Positions 49,362 through 60,159 of a stretch of DNA of 64,000 bases are shown one piece after another (position 1 is the first letter of the stretch; each line of letters begins with the position of its first letter). This DNA comes from Promethearchaeia archaeon (GTDB lineage Archaea; Asgardarchaeota; Lokiarchaeia; Sigyniarchaeales; SOKP01): NCBI GenBank assembly GCA_029856105.1, contig JAHQWH010000224.1:14463-78462 (forward strand), written 5' to 3'. A program made the translations under genes and the position numbers. The notes beneath the pieces were generated by a model. That model had not been told where the DNA came from. It made no database searches and was given only the letters and a program-made list of their open reading frames with translations.

Positions 49362-50528
49362 ATGTGTGATACTCTCGTTGCTTTAGGAAATTCAACTGAA
49401 GACAGACATGTTATTTTTGGTAAGAATTCGGATCGTCCATTTAATGAAGTGCAATTAATAACTCATTCTCCAAGAACGAAACATGAAAAAGGAGATTCAT
49501 TGAAATGCACTTATTTAGATATACCTCAGGTTTCTGAAACCAATGCAATTTTATTGAGCCAACCATTTTGGATGTGGGGAGCAGAGATGGGTTCTAATGA
49601 ATATGGTGTTGCAATTGGAAATGAAGCAGTATATACGCATGAACCTCTGAGAAGAATTGGGTTATTAGGTATGGATCTATTAAGACTCGGTCTTGAACGT
49701 GGTAAATCAGCAAAAGAAGCTCTAGAAATTATTATTGATCTAATAGAAAAATATGGACAAGGTGGTGGATGTGCGTATGATGATCCAAGTTGGATGTACC
49801 ATAATTCATTTATAATTGCAGATTCTAAAAAAGCATATGTCTTAGAGACTGCTGATAATTGGTGGATTGTAGAAAAAGTCAAAAATGTGCGTTCAATTTC
49901 AAATACTATTACTATTAGAGGAAAGGGAGATCGTAGAAAGGAAGGAATAATACAATATTCTATTGAAAAAGGGTATTGTAAAAATGAAAACGAGTTCGAT
50001 TTTGCTGTAACATTTTCAGGATCCCCGATTTCTACTATACCTTCACCTTATTCAAGAGGAGGAAAATCTTCTCTTTTACTAAGTGAGAATGTAGGTAAAA
50101 TTACACCAAAGTTAATGATGGAATTCTTGAGAGAACATCAAGCAGGGATTTGCATGCATGGAGGTTTTGAATCAGTAGGCTCTCAAGTTTCCCATTTGAG
50201 AAATGGAAAAAAATCTATTCACTGGTTTACAGGAACAACACTTCCATGTGTGAGCATTTATAAACCCTATGCTTTTCCTATTGAAGGCCAAAAGGTTTAT
50301 GTCCCTGGACCATATCAAATGGTCGATTCTGATTGGTTTTGGTTAAAGCATGCAAGATCTAAACCTGTAAATAGAAAAATTGACCTTAGAAACATTGAGA
50401 ATTCAATAATCTCAAGAGTAGATGATATTATAAATCAAGAAGACACAATTAATGATGAAAACTTCATAGAAAAAATAAAAATGCTAAATTTAGAAGCATG
50501 GAATAAATCCTATGAGATGATTAATTAA
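49362..50528 (+). CDS. Peptidase C69/secernin family Ntn hydrolase (copy 2)
   Basis: Same motifs as copy 1; ATG directly follows the TGA of copy 1. Confidence 0.92.
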   Translation: MCDTLVALGNSTEDRHVIFGKNSDRPFNEVQLITHSPRTKHEKGDSLKCTYLDIPQVSETNAILLSQPFWMWGAEMGSNEYGVAIGNEAVYTHEPLRRIGLLGMDLLRLGLERGKSAKEALEIIIDLIEKYGQGGGCAYDDPSWMYHNSFIIADSKKAYVLETADNWWIVEKVKNVRSISNTITIRGKGDRRKEGIIQYSIEKGYCKNENEFDFAVTFSGSPISTIPSPYSRGGKSSLLLSENVGKITPKLMMEFLREHQAGICMHGGFESVGSQVSHLRNGKKSIHWFTGTTLPCVSIYKPYAFPIEGQKVYVPGPYQMVDSDWFWLKHARSKPVNRKIDLRNIENSIISRVDDIINQEDTINDENFIEKIKMLNLEAWNKSYEMIN

Positions 50529-50538
50529 ATCTTAATGT

Positions 50539-51948
50539 TTATTTAATTTCATTACTAATTTTTGTTAAAAGTCTAAGCATTTCATTTTTTACAAAGTAAC
50601 CACCGAGAGGGCTAAAACTTGGCACTGGCTCATAACCTCCTTCTTCAGCATACTCGTGTAGAGGAAATAGGTACCCTATCCAATCTTGAGCATTTTGAAA
50701 AATAAAATTGTTATCTTTTCCCGTTAAAGACGCTTTAATTAAACTTTCTCCTATTTCTTCGAACAATTCTCCTGGAATTGTCATTAAACTAAATTCTTTT
50801 TCCTTAGATTTTGATTTTGCCCTAACCTTAATGTATTGAATAACAGTTTTGCATCTGAATTTACCTTTCTTTTTATCAAAGATAAAAATTGGAAAATTAG
50901 AATTTAACATTGTATATCGAGCAATGTTTAGCAAGAATAACTTCTTAATTGCGTAAATTAATTTGTTTGTAAACCATTGTTTAGAAAAATATTTGTGATC
51001 TTTCATTGGAATCCAAAACTCGTGAGTATATATTTGGAATTCGATGGCGCTAAAATAATCTTCATCAGAAATAGAATTAGCTAATTTCAACGCTTCTTCA
51101 GCAATAGTATATCCAATTCTTTCTGTATGATGATAAGTACCTAGTTGATCGTATATTGGCGTTTTATCTAATTCGAATTGTTCGTACTCCGTCCCACATG
51201 TTGTTATAGGGTTTAAATCACCTGAAGCGCCATTAAAGTATATTGCTTTTACTTTATTATTTGTTAATTCGTTAATTTTCTGAATTATACGACCCGGATA
51301 ATCGGCAGATAATTTATTATTTTTGTATGATAATGTAGTAGGGTGGCACGAATAGTTAATAATAAAGCCTAATAATTCATTTTCTTCTAGACTTTTAAAT
51401 GTAATTACTCCTAAATGAGGAAGAGTCTTCCTAGAGGGGTGTCTTCTGTTGATTACGATGTCGGGATTAAAATGTACCTTTTTCCACGCAATTTTGCAAG
51501 ACTTTAAATCAATAAATAATCCTTCGACCATTTTTAGTATTTTATTAGTGAACCATACGATATATTTATCATTCCTATTCGCACCAAACATAATACCTCT
51601 CATTACATTTAGAGCTCCTCCAGGCCAATAAAACTCGCCCGTTAAATCAAAAGCAGCGTGAGTATGGGTGGCATGCACTAAAATTTGTTCAAATTTTAAC
51701 GAAGGATATTTCTTAATTATTTTATTTCTAATGTATTTTGTTATAGATAAAGGAACTTTTAACAAATCTAAAGATATTAGAAGCAAAAAATCTTTATTAG
51801 AAGCTACTGAATTGCTTTCTATTAAAACGCTATGAACATAAATGTCATCTAACTTACCTAAACAAGGGTTTTTGCGAGTATACCCTGCCAAAGGTTTATT
51901 TACATATTCTTTGGGGGTAATACTCAACTTACTAAAAGCGACTTTCAT
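50539..51948 (-). CDS. Neutral/alkaline ceramidase N-terminal-domain family hydrolase
   Basis: PLAGY, HATHTHAA, NYSCHPT, SADYPG, NGASGD, PGELF, GGYE. Confidence 0.82.
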   Translation of the reverse strand: MKVAFSKLSITPKEYVNKPLAGYTRKNPCLGKLDDIYVHSVLIESNSVASNKDFLLLISLDLLKVPLSITKYIRNKIIKKYPSLKFEQILVHATHTHAAFDLTGEFYWPGGALNVMRGIMFGANRNDKYIVWFTNKILKMVEGLFIDLKSCKIAWKKVHFNPDIVINRRHPSRKTLPHLGVITFKSLEENELLGFIINYSCHPTTLSYKNNKLSADYPGRIIQKINELTNNKVKAIYFNGASGDLNPITTCGTEYEQFELDKTPIYDQLGTYHHTERIGYTIAEEALKLANSISDEDYFSAIEFQIYTHEFWIPMKDHKYFSKQWFTNKLIYAIKKLFLLNIARYTMLNSNFPIFIFDKKKGKFRCKTVIQYIKVRAKSKSKEKEFSLMTIPGELFEEIGESLIKASLTGKDNNFIFQNAQDWIGYLFPLHEYAEEGGYEPVPSFSPLGGYFVKNEMLRLLTKISNEIK

Positions 51949-52094
51949 TGGATAATATTAAAAGTATTTTACTCAAAAAGTTTTCTTTTTTAAAAGTTAG
52001 GTTAGAAGAACCACTTTTACGAAAAATTTTTATCTTTTTCATTATTTTTTCTAATAATTCATTAATTTAAAGAGTTAATAAATGGTTTTTTATT

Positions 52095-52388
52095 ATGGCT
52101 TTGAGTAAATTAGACGTATTAGGTATGGAAGGCAAAATTTCCAATTATAAGCAAGGGCGTCATACAATACACCTTAAACATTGTATAATCGTGTTTCCAA
52201 ATATTAAGACAAGAAAAGAGGCTAATAAACTATGTGGGAGAACTGTAGTTTGGGTAAGTTCTACAGGAAAAGAATTAAAAGGTATCATTACACGCGCACA
52301 TGGCAACAGTGGAGCGGTTAGAGCCCACTTCAAAAAAGCCGGGGTTCCTGGACAAGCTCTGGGGACTAAAATTAAAATAATTAAATAG
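52095..52388 (+). CDS. rpl35ae: 50S ribosomal protein L35Ae
   Basis: GIITRAHGNSGAVRAHF...PGQALG. Confidence 0.95.
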   Translation: MALSKLDVLGMEGKISNYKQGRHTIHLKHCIIVFPNIKTRKEANKLCGRTVVWVSSTGKELKGIITRAHGNSGAVRAHFKKAGVPGQALGTKIKIIK

Positions 52389-52552
52389 CTATTTTTCAAT
52401 CGATTATTATTTTTCTTCCTAGTTATATCTGAATATTACTCATGATACTAGAATAATATAGCTTTTTTTATGTTTTGGAATTTCTTATTCTTCTGATAAA
52501 GCGATCAATAATAGTTTTTTTTAATTAAATTAGGTCGGGTTTAAAATTAAAT

Positions 52553-54667
52553 ATGTCGGAGCAACACTTCCAAATATGTCATTTTTGCCAGCGAAACGTG
52601 AAGATAGCATATTATTGTGAAAACTGTGGCGTTAGTTGTTGTTCTGATTGCCTTCACGAAGAAAAAATCGATTCTTATGTTTGTCAAGATTGCAATTCAA
52701 AAAATATTGCTCTCTCAGGATCAAGTAAGCAAAAGATTTGTAACGATTGTGGAAAAGAGAATATAATCAAAACGAACCAACTTTTAAAATCTTGTCCCAA
52801 GTGTCATTCTCATCAAGTTATAAATATCTACGAAAAGAAGGAAGATTTAGAAAAACAATTTTTAGAATTAATTAAAGACGCACGCTCCTTTATTGATCCA
52901 TTTAGGGACATAGTAAATTCCCTTTACATGATAAGACAGAAAGTATTAGATGCAAGAGCGCCTCCTATAAGGTGTTATCATTATCCAAAAATGGAATCTG
53001 ACCTCTTAGCGCTCTTTAAATTATTTATATACGCAAAAGAAACACTTCTTGAAAAAATACATAATTTTATCCAACATTTATCAATAAATAAAGAATATTT
53101 TTTTAATATTTACACTCAACAGAATTCTAATATAAGGATTATAGAAGACATTCTAGAAAATTTAAATAGAAGCTATAATTCTATAACTGATTTTATTCAG
53201 AGTAATGTAAAAACAATAAATACTAGCATAGATAACATATTAAAGAATCTTATTTTCATAGACAAAATCACATTTTATTTCAAAAACTATATTAAATTTC
53301 TTAATTTAGCAGATGATGAAAAACCTGTTTATGCGATATATGCAAAATTAGCTAATGGTCTTAACACACAAGATAAATACAAAAAGGATAAAGGTATTCT
53401 ATTTATTACTAATTTTGACTTATCGTTTGTTCATGAATATGGAAGATTAAAGAGAAAGCAAAAAGGTATCTTTAAAGCACCGGTTAAAGATTTAACTAGC
53501 GTTAAAATAAAAGGAAAGCTGTTTAAAAGACTTTATATAGAATTTCCTTATGGTAGATATGAATTCACACTTCCTACAAACTCAATTTCGCGAGTATTAG
53601 ATTATATTCTATTAGCCAGAAGTTTTGATGAAACTATTGTGTATGATAAAGTGGCAGCGAAAAAACTTAACGATATAGATGTCGATTTGAGCGATTTGAC
53701 CAATTATATTGAGGAGACAATAAATTCTTTCTTTAGTATAAAATGCCAATATAATAATGTTAATTCGAATAATGTTTTCGTTAATAATCACAATGCTAAT
53801 TCATTATTAAATCAAAATCTAAGGAATTTACCAAATCCAAATTCACTCCAAGCTCCATATAATCAAAATCAGCCCACCTACCCAAATAATTTTAGTTATC
53901 CATTTAATATTCATCAAAATTATAAAAATATACCAGGAAATCCATCGCTTTATCAAAAAAATGAAGGATTTTCTAATCATGGATTCGGCCAAATTCCAAC
54001 TCCTGAAGATTTAAACCATTTCGGCAACACAAGAAGGCACTACATACCGCCAAATTACAACCAAAATGAATTCTTCTTGCAAAATTTATATGAGTCCGGT
54101 AGGATACAGAATTACGATCCTATAAGCTCTAACAGCGGATATAAAAACAATTTTTCTGATGTTGAAGAGAAAAATTTCCTAATGAGAAAATTAGAACAAT
54201 CGCAAAGATACGGCGCCCCTTCTTCTAATCCATTATATAGAAATAATTTTGATGAGCGATCGTACGAACCTACCTACAATCGATTGAATGAAAGATTTAG
54301 ACAAATGCCACAATATAACGAATATTCAAGGAATCATCTTTCCGAATTGTTTAATAATGACAATATGTCAAATCAACCGAATGATCTCCCAAGACCTAAT
54401 TCAAAAAAAATGAATAAAACGAGACGTAAAAAAATGTTTGAATTGGAAAAAGAAAAATATAGTCTCGAAGAAACATTAAAAACACTAGAATCAAAATTTG
54501 AATCTGGAAATATTTCTGAAATTGATTTCTTTAAAAATTTTAAGAACTTACAAAAGGATTTCTACACGATTGATAAAAAAATTGAAACGATCGACGAAGA
54601 GATGCAAGAAGAAGATTTTTTAAGAAGAAATGCTAAAAATTTCGATAGAAAAAAATATTTTACCTAA
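52553..54667 (+). CDS. Multidomain ESCRT-I-like protein: B-box/Zn fingers, coiled coil, PH-like domain, N/Q/P/Y-rich linker, C-terminal steadiness box
   Basis: N-terminal CxxC clusters; KGILFITNFDLSF (PH/GRAM-like); EKYSLEETLKTLESKFESGNISEIDFFKNFKNLQKDFY resembles the Vps23/TSG101 steadiness box. Confidence 0.7.
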   Translation: MSEQHFQICHFCQRNVKIAYYCENCGVSCCSDCLHEEKIDSYVCQDCNSKNIALSGSSKQKICNDCGKENIIKTNQLLKSCPKCHSHQVINIYEKKEDLEKQFLELIKDARSFIDPFRDIVNSLYMIRQKVLDARAPPIRCYHYPKMESDLLALFKLFIYAKETLLEKIHNFIQHLSINKEYFFNIYTQQNSNIRIIEDILENLNRSYNSITDFIQSNVKTINTSIDNILKNLIFIDKITFYFKNYIKFLNLADDEKPVYAIYAKLANGLNTQDKYKKDKGILFITNFDLSFVHEYGRLKRKQKGIFKAPVKDLTSVKIKGKLFKRLYIEFPYGRYEFTLPTNSISRVLDYILLARSFDETIVYDKVAAKKLNDIDVDLSDLTNYIEETINSFFSIKCQYNNVNSNNVFVNNHNANSLLNQNLRNLPNPNSLQAPYNQNQPTYPNNFSYPFNIHQNYKNIPGNPSLYQKNEGFSNHGFGQIPTPEDLNHFGNTRRHYIPPNYNQNEFFLQNLYESGRIQNYDPISSNSGYKNNFSDVEEKNFLMRKLEQSQRYGAPSSNPLYRNNFDERSYEPTYNRLNERFRQMPQYNEYSRNHLSELFNNDNMSNQPNDLPRPNSKKMNKTRRKKMFELEKEKYSLEETLKTLESKFESGNISEIDFFKNFKNLQKDFYTIDKKIETIDEEMQEEDFLRRNAKNFDRKKYFT

Positions 54668-54709
54668 GAATTCCAATAATAATCAAAATTGAGAATAAGA
54701 TAATAAAAA

Positions 54710-55360
54710 TTAACTTTCTAATTCTTTCCTAAGTTTGCTGATCTCGTCTTCTAATTTTGCTTTCGTTTTTATTTCAGTCTCTTCTTCCATCTCGTCAAAC
54801 TCACTCAGATATTGTAGGTCATCGGCAGGCACTTCTGGCATCTGACCACCTTGTTCTAAAAGCATTTCAGTTTCTAGTTGGTCTAATTCATCAGTTACAT
54901 CGATTGCTAAATCTATTTCGGGATCTCCGGCAAGAATATCGGCAGACTCCTCTATTTCAGCGACATAAGCCTCAGAATCCTCAGCTATCTCTGCAATCTT
55001 CACGGGGGATGCATCCGTGGCAATTACTTTTAATTCGTCCCTAATTCCACCCATTAAATCGCCCGTCGTTGATATCATTTGACCCTCAAGAATCGCTTCT
55101 AGCTGGCGTTCTATTCTAGCTCGAATGTTGTTCGCCCGATCTACCTTCATCTGATATTGTTTGTGTTGAATCAAATAATTCTTAGCTCTAGTTCTTTCTC
55201 CTCTCTTTATTGCAATTTTGGCGTTTTTTCTAGCAATCTCTGCTCTTTTATTGAAAGTTTTATTTGACAACGCTATTTTTCTAATATGTGATTTAGCTTT
55301 AATAATTAATTCATCTTTTTCTTTAGCTTTCCGGGGAAAAAGTTTTTTTTTTAATGCCAT
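54710..55360 (-). CDS. ESCRT-III Snf7-family protein (Vps20/32/60-like)
   Basis: Basic helical hairpin (AKIAIKRGERTRAKNYL...IERQLEAI), acidic C-terminal half, MPEVP and terminal EDEISKLRKEL MIM-like motifs. Confidence 0.87.
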   Translation of the reverse strand: MALKKKLFPRKAKEKDELIIKAKSHIRKIALSNKTFNKRAEIARKNAKIAIKRGERTRAKNYLIQHKQYQMKVDRANNIRARIERQLEAILEGQMISTTGDLMGGIRDELKVIATDASPVKIAEIAEDSEAYVAEIEESADILAGDPEIDLAIDVTDELDQLETEMLLEQGGQMPEVPADDLQYLSEFDEMEEETEIKTKAKLEDEISKLRKELES

Positions 55361-55499
55361 TACTTCTATTCACTCCTTTTAGAGTAATTTTATTAGTATC
55401 TCTTTTATTATTAATATGATATTATTAACTTAAAAATTTGATAGAATTTAATATAGTAAAATGATACATATCAATAAATCTTTTAGAGTCCAATAATAA

Positions 55500-56603
55500 A
55501 TGAAAAAAATAATTTTAAATTTCGAAAAAAAAACCGACAATTTTAAAGATTTGGTACAAGAAGCTTTTAACATGAATTTCCTTAATTTCTTGCTCTCTGA
55601 AGAAACTTATTCCGAATTAGAAGAGATTGAACGAATTAATACTTTTACCAAAAATATTGAAATTCCCGCTAAGAATCTAATTTTTGACAATCTAGAACAA
55701 CTAAAAAAAGAAAATAGGTTAGGGGTAAATTGTGGTTTTTTTATAGAATTAAAATTAAAAAACGATGAAAAAGCCGTAATAGACCTTTCCAAAACCAAAG
55801 AAGTTGATTTTATAATAGTATCAGCAAAAGATTGGAAAGTAATACCTTTTGAAAACCTTATAGCCGCAATGCATAATAACGATACGGATCTAATTGCTTT
55901 GGTTGAAGATATTGAAGAAGCTGAATTAATGTTAAAAACATTGGAAACAGGGGTCGACGGAATCCTTATTACTCCAAAAAATGTCAATGATATCGTTCAA
56001 TTAAAATCACTGATTCAGCCTGGGATTAAAATTGATTTAACTAAAGCAAAAATAACTAAAATACAAAATATACCTGAGAGCGAGAGAGTTTGCGTAGATA
56101 GTACTTCTTTATTACAACCCGGTGAGGGATTTCTCGTTGGTTCAACGGCACGTGGTTTTGTACTTATACATTCTGAAACATTTGAAACAACTTTTGTGAA
56201 TTCTAGACCATTTCGTGTCAACGCAGGAGATGTATCAGCGTATATCTTAGTTCCTAACGACGATCATGAAAAGATCTATCAAACAAACTACTTAAGCGAA
56301 TTAAAAGGTGGTAAGAGAGTCTTAGCTGTAAATTATAAAGGAGAAACTCGAAGTGTTTCTATTGGACGCGTAAAAATAGAGATTCGGCCAATGTTGAGAT
56401 TTGAATTGGAAGTTTCTGAAGGTAACAAAAAAATACCTCTGAGTTGTATATGTCAAAATGCCGAAACAATTCGTTTAGTGGCTCCAGATGGTAAAGCTAA
56501 ATCTGTTGTTGCTATTGAAATTGGTGACGAGGTTTTAGTACACATTGGACCAGGAGCGACTCATTTTGGAACTGCAATAAAAGAATCAATTTTGGAGAAA
56601 TAA
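55500..56603 (+). CDS. aroB': 3-dehydroquinate synthase II (archaeal type)
   Basis: DWKVIPFENLIA, LETGVDG, RVCVD, RPFRVNAG, YLSELK, QNAETIRL, HFG. Confidence 0.92.
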   Translation: MKKIILNFEKKTDNFKDLVQEAFNMNFLNFLLSEETYSELEEIERINTFTKNIEIPAKNLIFDNLEQLKKENRLGVNCGFFIELKLKNDEKAVIDLSKTKEVDFIIVSAKDWKVIPFENLIAAMHNNDTDLIALVEDIEEAELMLKTLETGVDGILITPKNVNDIVQLKSLIQPGIKIDLTKAKITKIQNIPESERVCVDSTSLLQPGEGFLVGSTARGFVLIHSETFETTFVNSRPFRVNAGDVSAYILVPNDDHEKIYQTNYLSELKGGKRVLAVNYKGETRSVSIGRVKIEIRPMLRFELEVSEGNKKIPLSCICQNAETIRLVAPDGKAKSVVAIEIGDEVLVHIGPGATHFGTAIKESILEK

Positions 56604-56664
56604 TCTTTTAATTAAATAAATTTATAATATCCTAATAAAATAAAACAAAAACCTTTTGATAAAT

Positions 56665-57936
56665 ATGACAATTTATTGGGCGCCAATGCTTCATGCTTAC
56701 CAACCTCCATACCAAGATGTTGGCGTTTTGCGAAAAATTAATAAAGAGTGTTATAAACCTCTATTTTCTATGTTAGAAGAGCACGAAAATATCAAAATCA
56801 GTCTAAACATAAATAGTAATCTTATTGAAATGTTCCATGAATTTGATTTAGAAGATACACTGGAGTTATTAAAAAATTTAGTTTCTGATAATAAAATTGA
56901 AATTCTTGGAACCGCAAAATTTCATCCTATTCTTCCCTTAATACCCGAAAAAGAAGCTCAAAACCAAATTCGATTAAATGAGGAGATTAATAGGTTGGAA
57001 TTTCAAAAATGGGAGAGAAAGGGCTTTTTTCCGCCCGAAATGTCTATTAACTCTAAAGTTGCCAAATTCATTCAACAGTTAGGCTATAAATGGGTAATAA
57101 TGAGCGGAATTGCTTGTCCAATTAAATGGCCCTATGATTACATATATTGTTCTCCAAATGGATTACAGCTTTTTTTTAGAGACGATGTTTTAAGCAATAA
57201 AATTTCGTTCAATCATATTAATGCAAAAGAATTCGTCAAAGATTTAAATGATATTTTTAAAGACAAAAAAGGCCCTAAGGATAAAGACAAATATGTTATC
57301 ACTGCGATGGATTCTGAGACATTTGGTCATCATATAAAGAAATATGAAAGAACCTTTTTGAGTAAAGTTTTTGAACTTATTAACTCTAAGAAAGAAATTA
57401 AGATCGTGTTTATATCCGATTTAGATAGATATTTTCCGATTCATAAAGAAAAAATAATTCCACGAGATTCAAGTTGGAGCACTACTCAAGAGGATATAAA
57501 GGCACACACCCCGTTCCCATTGTGGGATCATCCTGATAATAGCATCCATAAATTGTATTGGAAGATAATGAGAAGCTTAAATAATTTAATGACTTTGTTA
57601 GAAAACCTAGATTTAACTCAAGATTGGGAAGTAGAAAATTATTATAATACAGCTAGATGGTTTTATGATAAAGGAATTTGTTCGGATAGTATGTGGTGGG
57701 CTAATCCTACTCGAGGGACATGGAGTCCTAACTTGATTTATAAAGGAATTGAGACTCTTATGAGTTCTGCTCTTAATGCTCAACTAGCATTAGTTCACGC
57801 TAATGAATCTGATTTAGGAGAAGGATATTTTGATTCGATATCATTTTATCATAATCTATTACTTATGGAAATTTACTCAATAACTAAAATAAAAATAAAA
57901 GAGCAAATAAGATTGAAACCAATGGATTTGAGTTAA
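56665..57936 (+). CDS. Glycoside hydrolase family 57 protein
   Basis: HAYQP, HPILPL, FFPPEM, AMDSETFGHH, SSWS. Confidence 0.9.
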   Translation: MTIYWAPMLHAYQPPYQDVGVLRKINKECYKPLFSMLEEHENIKISLNINSNLIEMFHEFDLEDTLELLKNLVSDNKIEILGTAKFHPILPLIPEKEAQNQIRLNEEINRLEFQKWERKGFFPPEMSINSKVAKFIQQLGYKWVIMSGIACPIKWPYDYIYCSPNGLQLFFRDDVLSNKISFNHINAKEFVKDLNDIFKDKKGPKDKDKYVITAMDSETFGHHIKKYERTFLSKVFELINSKKEIKIVFISDLDRYFPIHKEKIIPRDSSWSTTQEDIKAHTPFPLWDHPDNSIHKLYWKIMRSLNNLMTLLENLDLTQDWEVENYYNTARWFYDKGICSDSMWWANPTRGTWSPNLIYKGIETLMSSALNAQLALVHANESDLGEGYFDSISFYHNLLLMEIYSITKIKIKEQIRLKPMDLS

Positions 57937-58084
57937 AGACTTTAGAATAACTAACTCCTATAATTTCCCCGTTTGTTTACCATATTACTTTGATTGTTTC
58001 AAATAACAATAAACTATATAATTTTTAATTTATATAATAAACTAAGTGCGCTTTGGTAGAAAATACCCTAATTTTTTGAGTATA

Positions 58085-59197
58085 ATGTCAAAAGAAAATA
58101 AAAAACAGCAAATAGTAAAACATTGCGTGTACTGTGGGACTCGAATTGAAGAAAACAAAATCTATTGTCCTAAATGTGGAAAACTCGTCGTAAAAATCGA
58201 GCCAAGCAAAGAAAAAAGGCGTCTTCAGAAAATAGAGGCAAAACCACCTCAAAAAAAAATTGTTTCAAGAAAATGTTCTAGTTGTGGTTCAATAGTAAAC
58301 TCGTCTGTATTAGAACAATGCCCTATATGTAATACTAAGCTAGAAAAGATACCAAAACTTCAAAAAGCAAAATCAAGTGAAACCCATCTTAATAAAACGG
58401 GTTATGTCTTTACAAATAAAAAGTTAGTGCCAGAACAAAGATTTACAATAAAAAAAGATACTTGGAATTTTAGAGAGGGTATTAGCGTTTTTGGTAACTC
58501 CATTATGATATATGTTGTTATTCGATTGTTAATTACTATGTTATTAACTTTGCAATTAGATTCCTCTGATCCAATTGATTTAAATATTACAACAATACTA
58601 TTAAGTCAAATTCCTGACGTTATATTCGGGTTATATCCCTTGTGGTACATTTATTCAAAAAAACATAATTTTCAAAAATTAAGGTTAAATTTTAAAGCAA
58701 GGCCATTTTTAATTGCGCTATTAACTGGCGTAATCGGCAGTATAGGATTAATCATTATTGATAATTTCTCTTCGTTATTAATACAATTTATGTACGATTC
58801 CGGAATAAATTTTTTTGATATTTTTTCTTATTTAGCTAATCAATCTTTGGTAATCCATAACGCAGATTTAATATGGGTGATCTTACTTATGGTTATTTTA
58901 TCTTTATCTGCAATTTCTACAGAATTAGTATTTAGAGGAGTGTTACATAATACTCTAAAAGAACGTTTTGCTAACGATTTACTAGGGAGGTCTTCAGTAG
59001 TTTTTATAATCGCGCTAATATATTCAGTTCTTTTTCTATTATTTACTTTACCAATAGGAATATATTTCTTTTTAGTAAATTTAATGTTTTTTATATTTTT
59101 AGGTATACTGTATGAAGTTAATAAAAATATTCTCACCACGATTATTGCCAGCATCATCTACAACATTTTTTATATTATCTTGATCGTGTATTTTTAA
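58085..59197 (+). CDS. Double Zn-ribbon + CPBP/Rce1-like membrane protein (catalytic residues degenerate)
   Basis: CVYC/CPKC/CSSC/CPIC; ISTELVFRGVL in place of EExxxR; His motifs absent. Confidence 0.75.
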   Translation: MSKENKKQQIVKHCVYCGTRIEENKIYCPKCGKLVVKIEPSKEKRRLQKIEAKPPQKKIVSRKCSSCGSIVNSSVLEQCPICNTKLEKIPKLQKAKSSETHLNKTGYVFTNKKLVPEQRFTIKKDTWNFREGISVFGNSIMIYVVIRLLITMLLTLQLDSSDPIDLNITTILLSQIPDVIFGLYPLWYIYSKKHNFQKLRLNFKARPFLIALLTGVIGSIGLIIIDNFSSLLIQFMYDSGINFFDIFSYLANQSLVIHNADLIWVILLMVILSLSAISTELVFRGVLHNTLKERFANDLLGRSSVVFIIALIYSVLFLLFTLPIGIYFFLVNLMFFIFLGILYEVNKNILTTIIASIIYNIFYIILIVYF

Positions 59198-59329
59198 TTT
59201 TTAGATCGCTTTTCACTATCCTTTAATATAAAATTTTATAAAAAGAAAAATCACATATCTCTAGTGGAATTATTAGTAACTATTATTCTTTTAAATACGA
59301 CAAGATCGATCTAATACAACTTGGAGAAA

Positions 59330-60052
59330 ATGAGATTGGGTAAAAAATTTTACACAAATAAAGGAAGCAAGGATAATGTTATTATTTCCATAGCGGGGGT
59401 TCACGGAATCGGGAAGACGACCATCTTTAATCTTTTAAAAAAAAGTTTGGGAGACAATAACAAATTTAAATTTTTTCCAGAAAGATACATAAAAATCCCT
59501 CCCTTTCCATTTGGTTCTTGCGACAAACAAATTGGTTTCCGCAGCGAAATTCACTTTCTCCAACAATTAATTAAGAGAAATAAAAATATTACGAATTTTG
59601 ATAACCAATATAATGGCAGAGTTATTATTTTAGATCGAACACCTATTTGTGTATTAATATATTCAAAAAGCTTGTACCTTAAGGAAAGGGATTATAACCT
59701 TATCCTTGATATGTATAAATCCGTTAAATGGAAAGAAGATTACATCTTATATCTTACAGCTGAACCCAATACGGTATTAAAAAGGATAATTCAAAGAGGC
59801 TCAATTGATAAAATCAGAAAAGAGTGGAATGAAAGCGACAAAGAGTATTTGTTAAAAATTCTTTCCTATTACAATCAATTTCTATTATCCAAAACTCAAG
59901 CAAAAAAAATATTCATAATCGATACAGATAAATTGACGACAGAAGAGGTTGTAGAAGAAATAAAAAAAAAAATAACCAATTTATCTGGTTACTCGTTCAA
60001 TAAACATGTTATCTCTCCCTCTACGCAAAAGAATTTAAATAATTTTATGTAG
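59330..60052 (+). CDS. Deoxynucleoside/thymidylate kinase family protein
   Basis: IAGVHGIGKTT P-loop, ILDRT, YLTAEP...KRIIQRG lid. Confidence 0.85.
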   Translation: MRLGKKFYTNKGSKDNVIISIAGVHGIGKTTIFNLLKKSLGDNNKFKFFPERYIKIPPFPFGSCDKQIGFRSEIHFLQQLIKRNKNITNFDNQYNGRVIILDRTPICVLIYSKSLYLKERDYNLILDMYKSVKWKEDYILYLTAEPNTVLKRIIQRGSIDKIRKEWNESDKEYLLKILSYYNQFLLSKTQAKKIFIIDTDKLTTEEVVEEIKKKITNLSGYSFNKHVISPSTQKNLNNFM

Positions 60053-60159
60053 ACAATTATAATAAAATATATTAATCTAGATTTTATGATATAAATTAAG
60101 AGAATATAATAATTATTGAATTTTAATTAACTCTAATCAAAAAAACAGTTTGATTTAAA

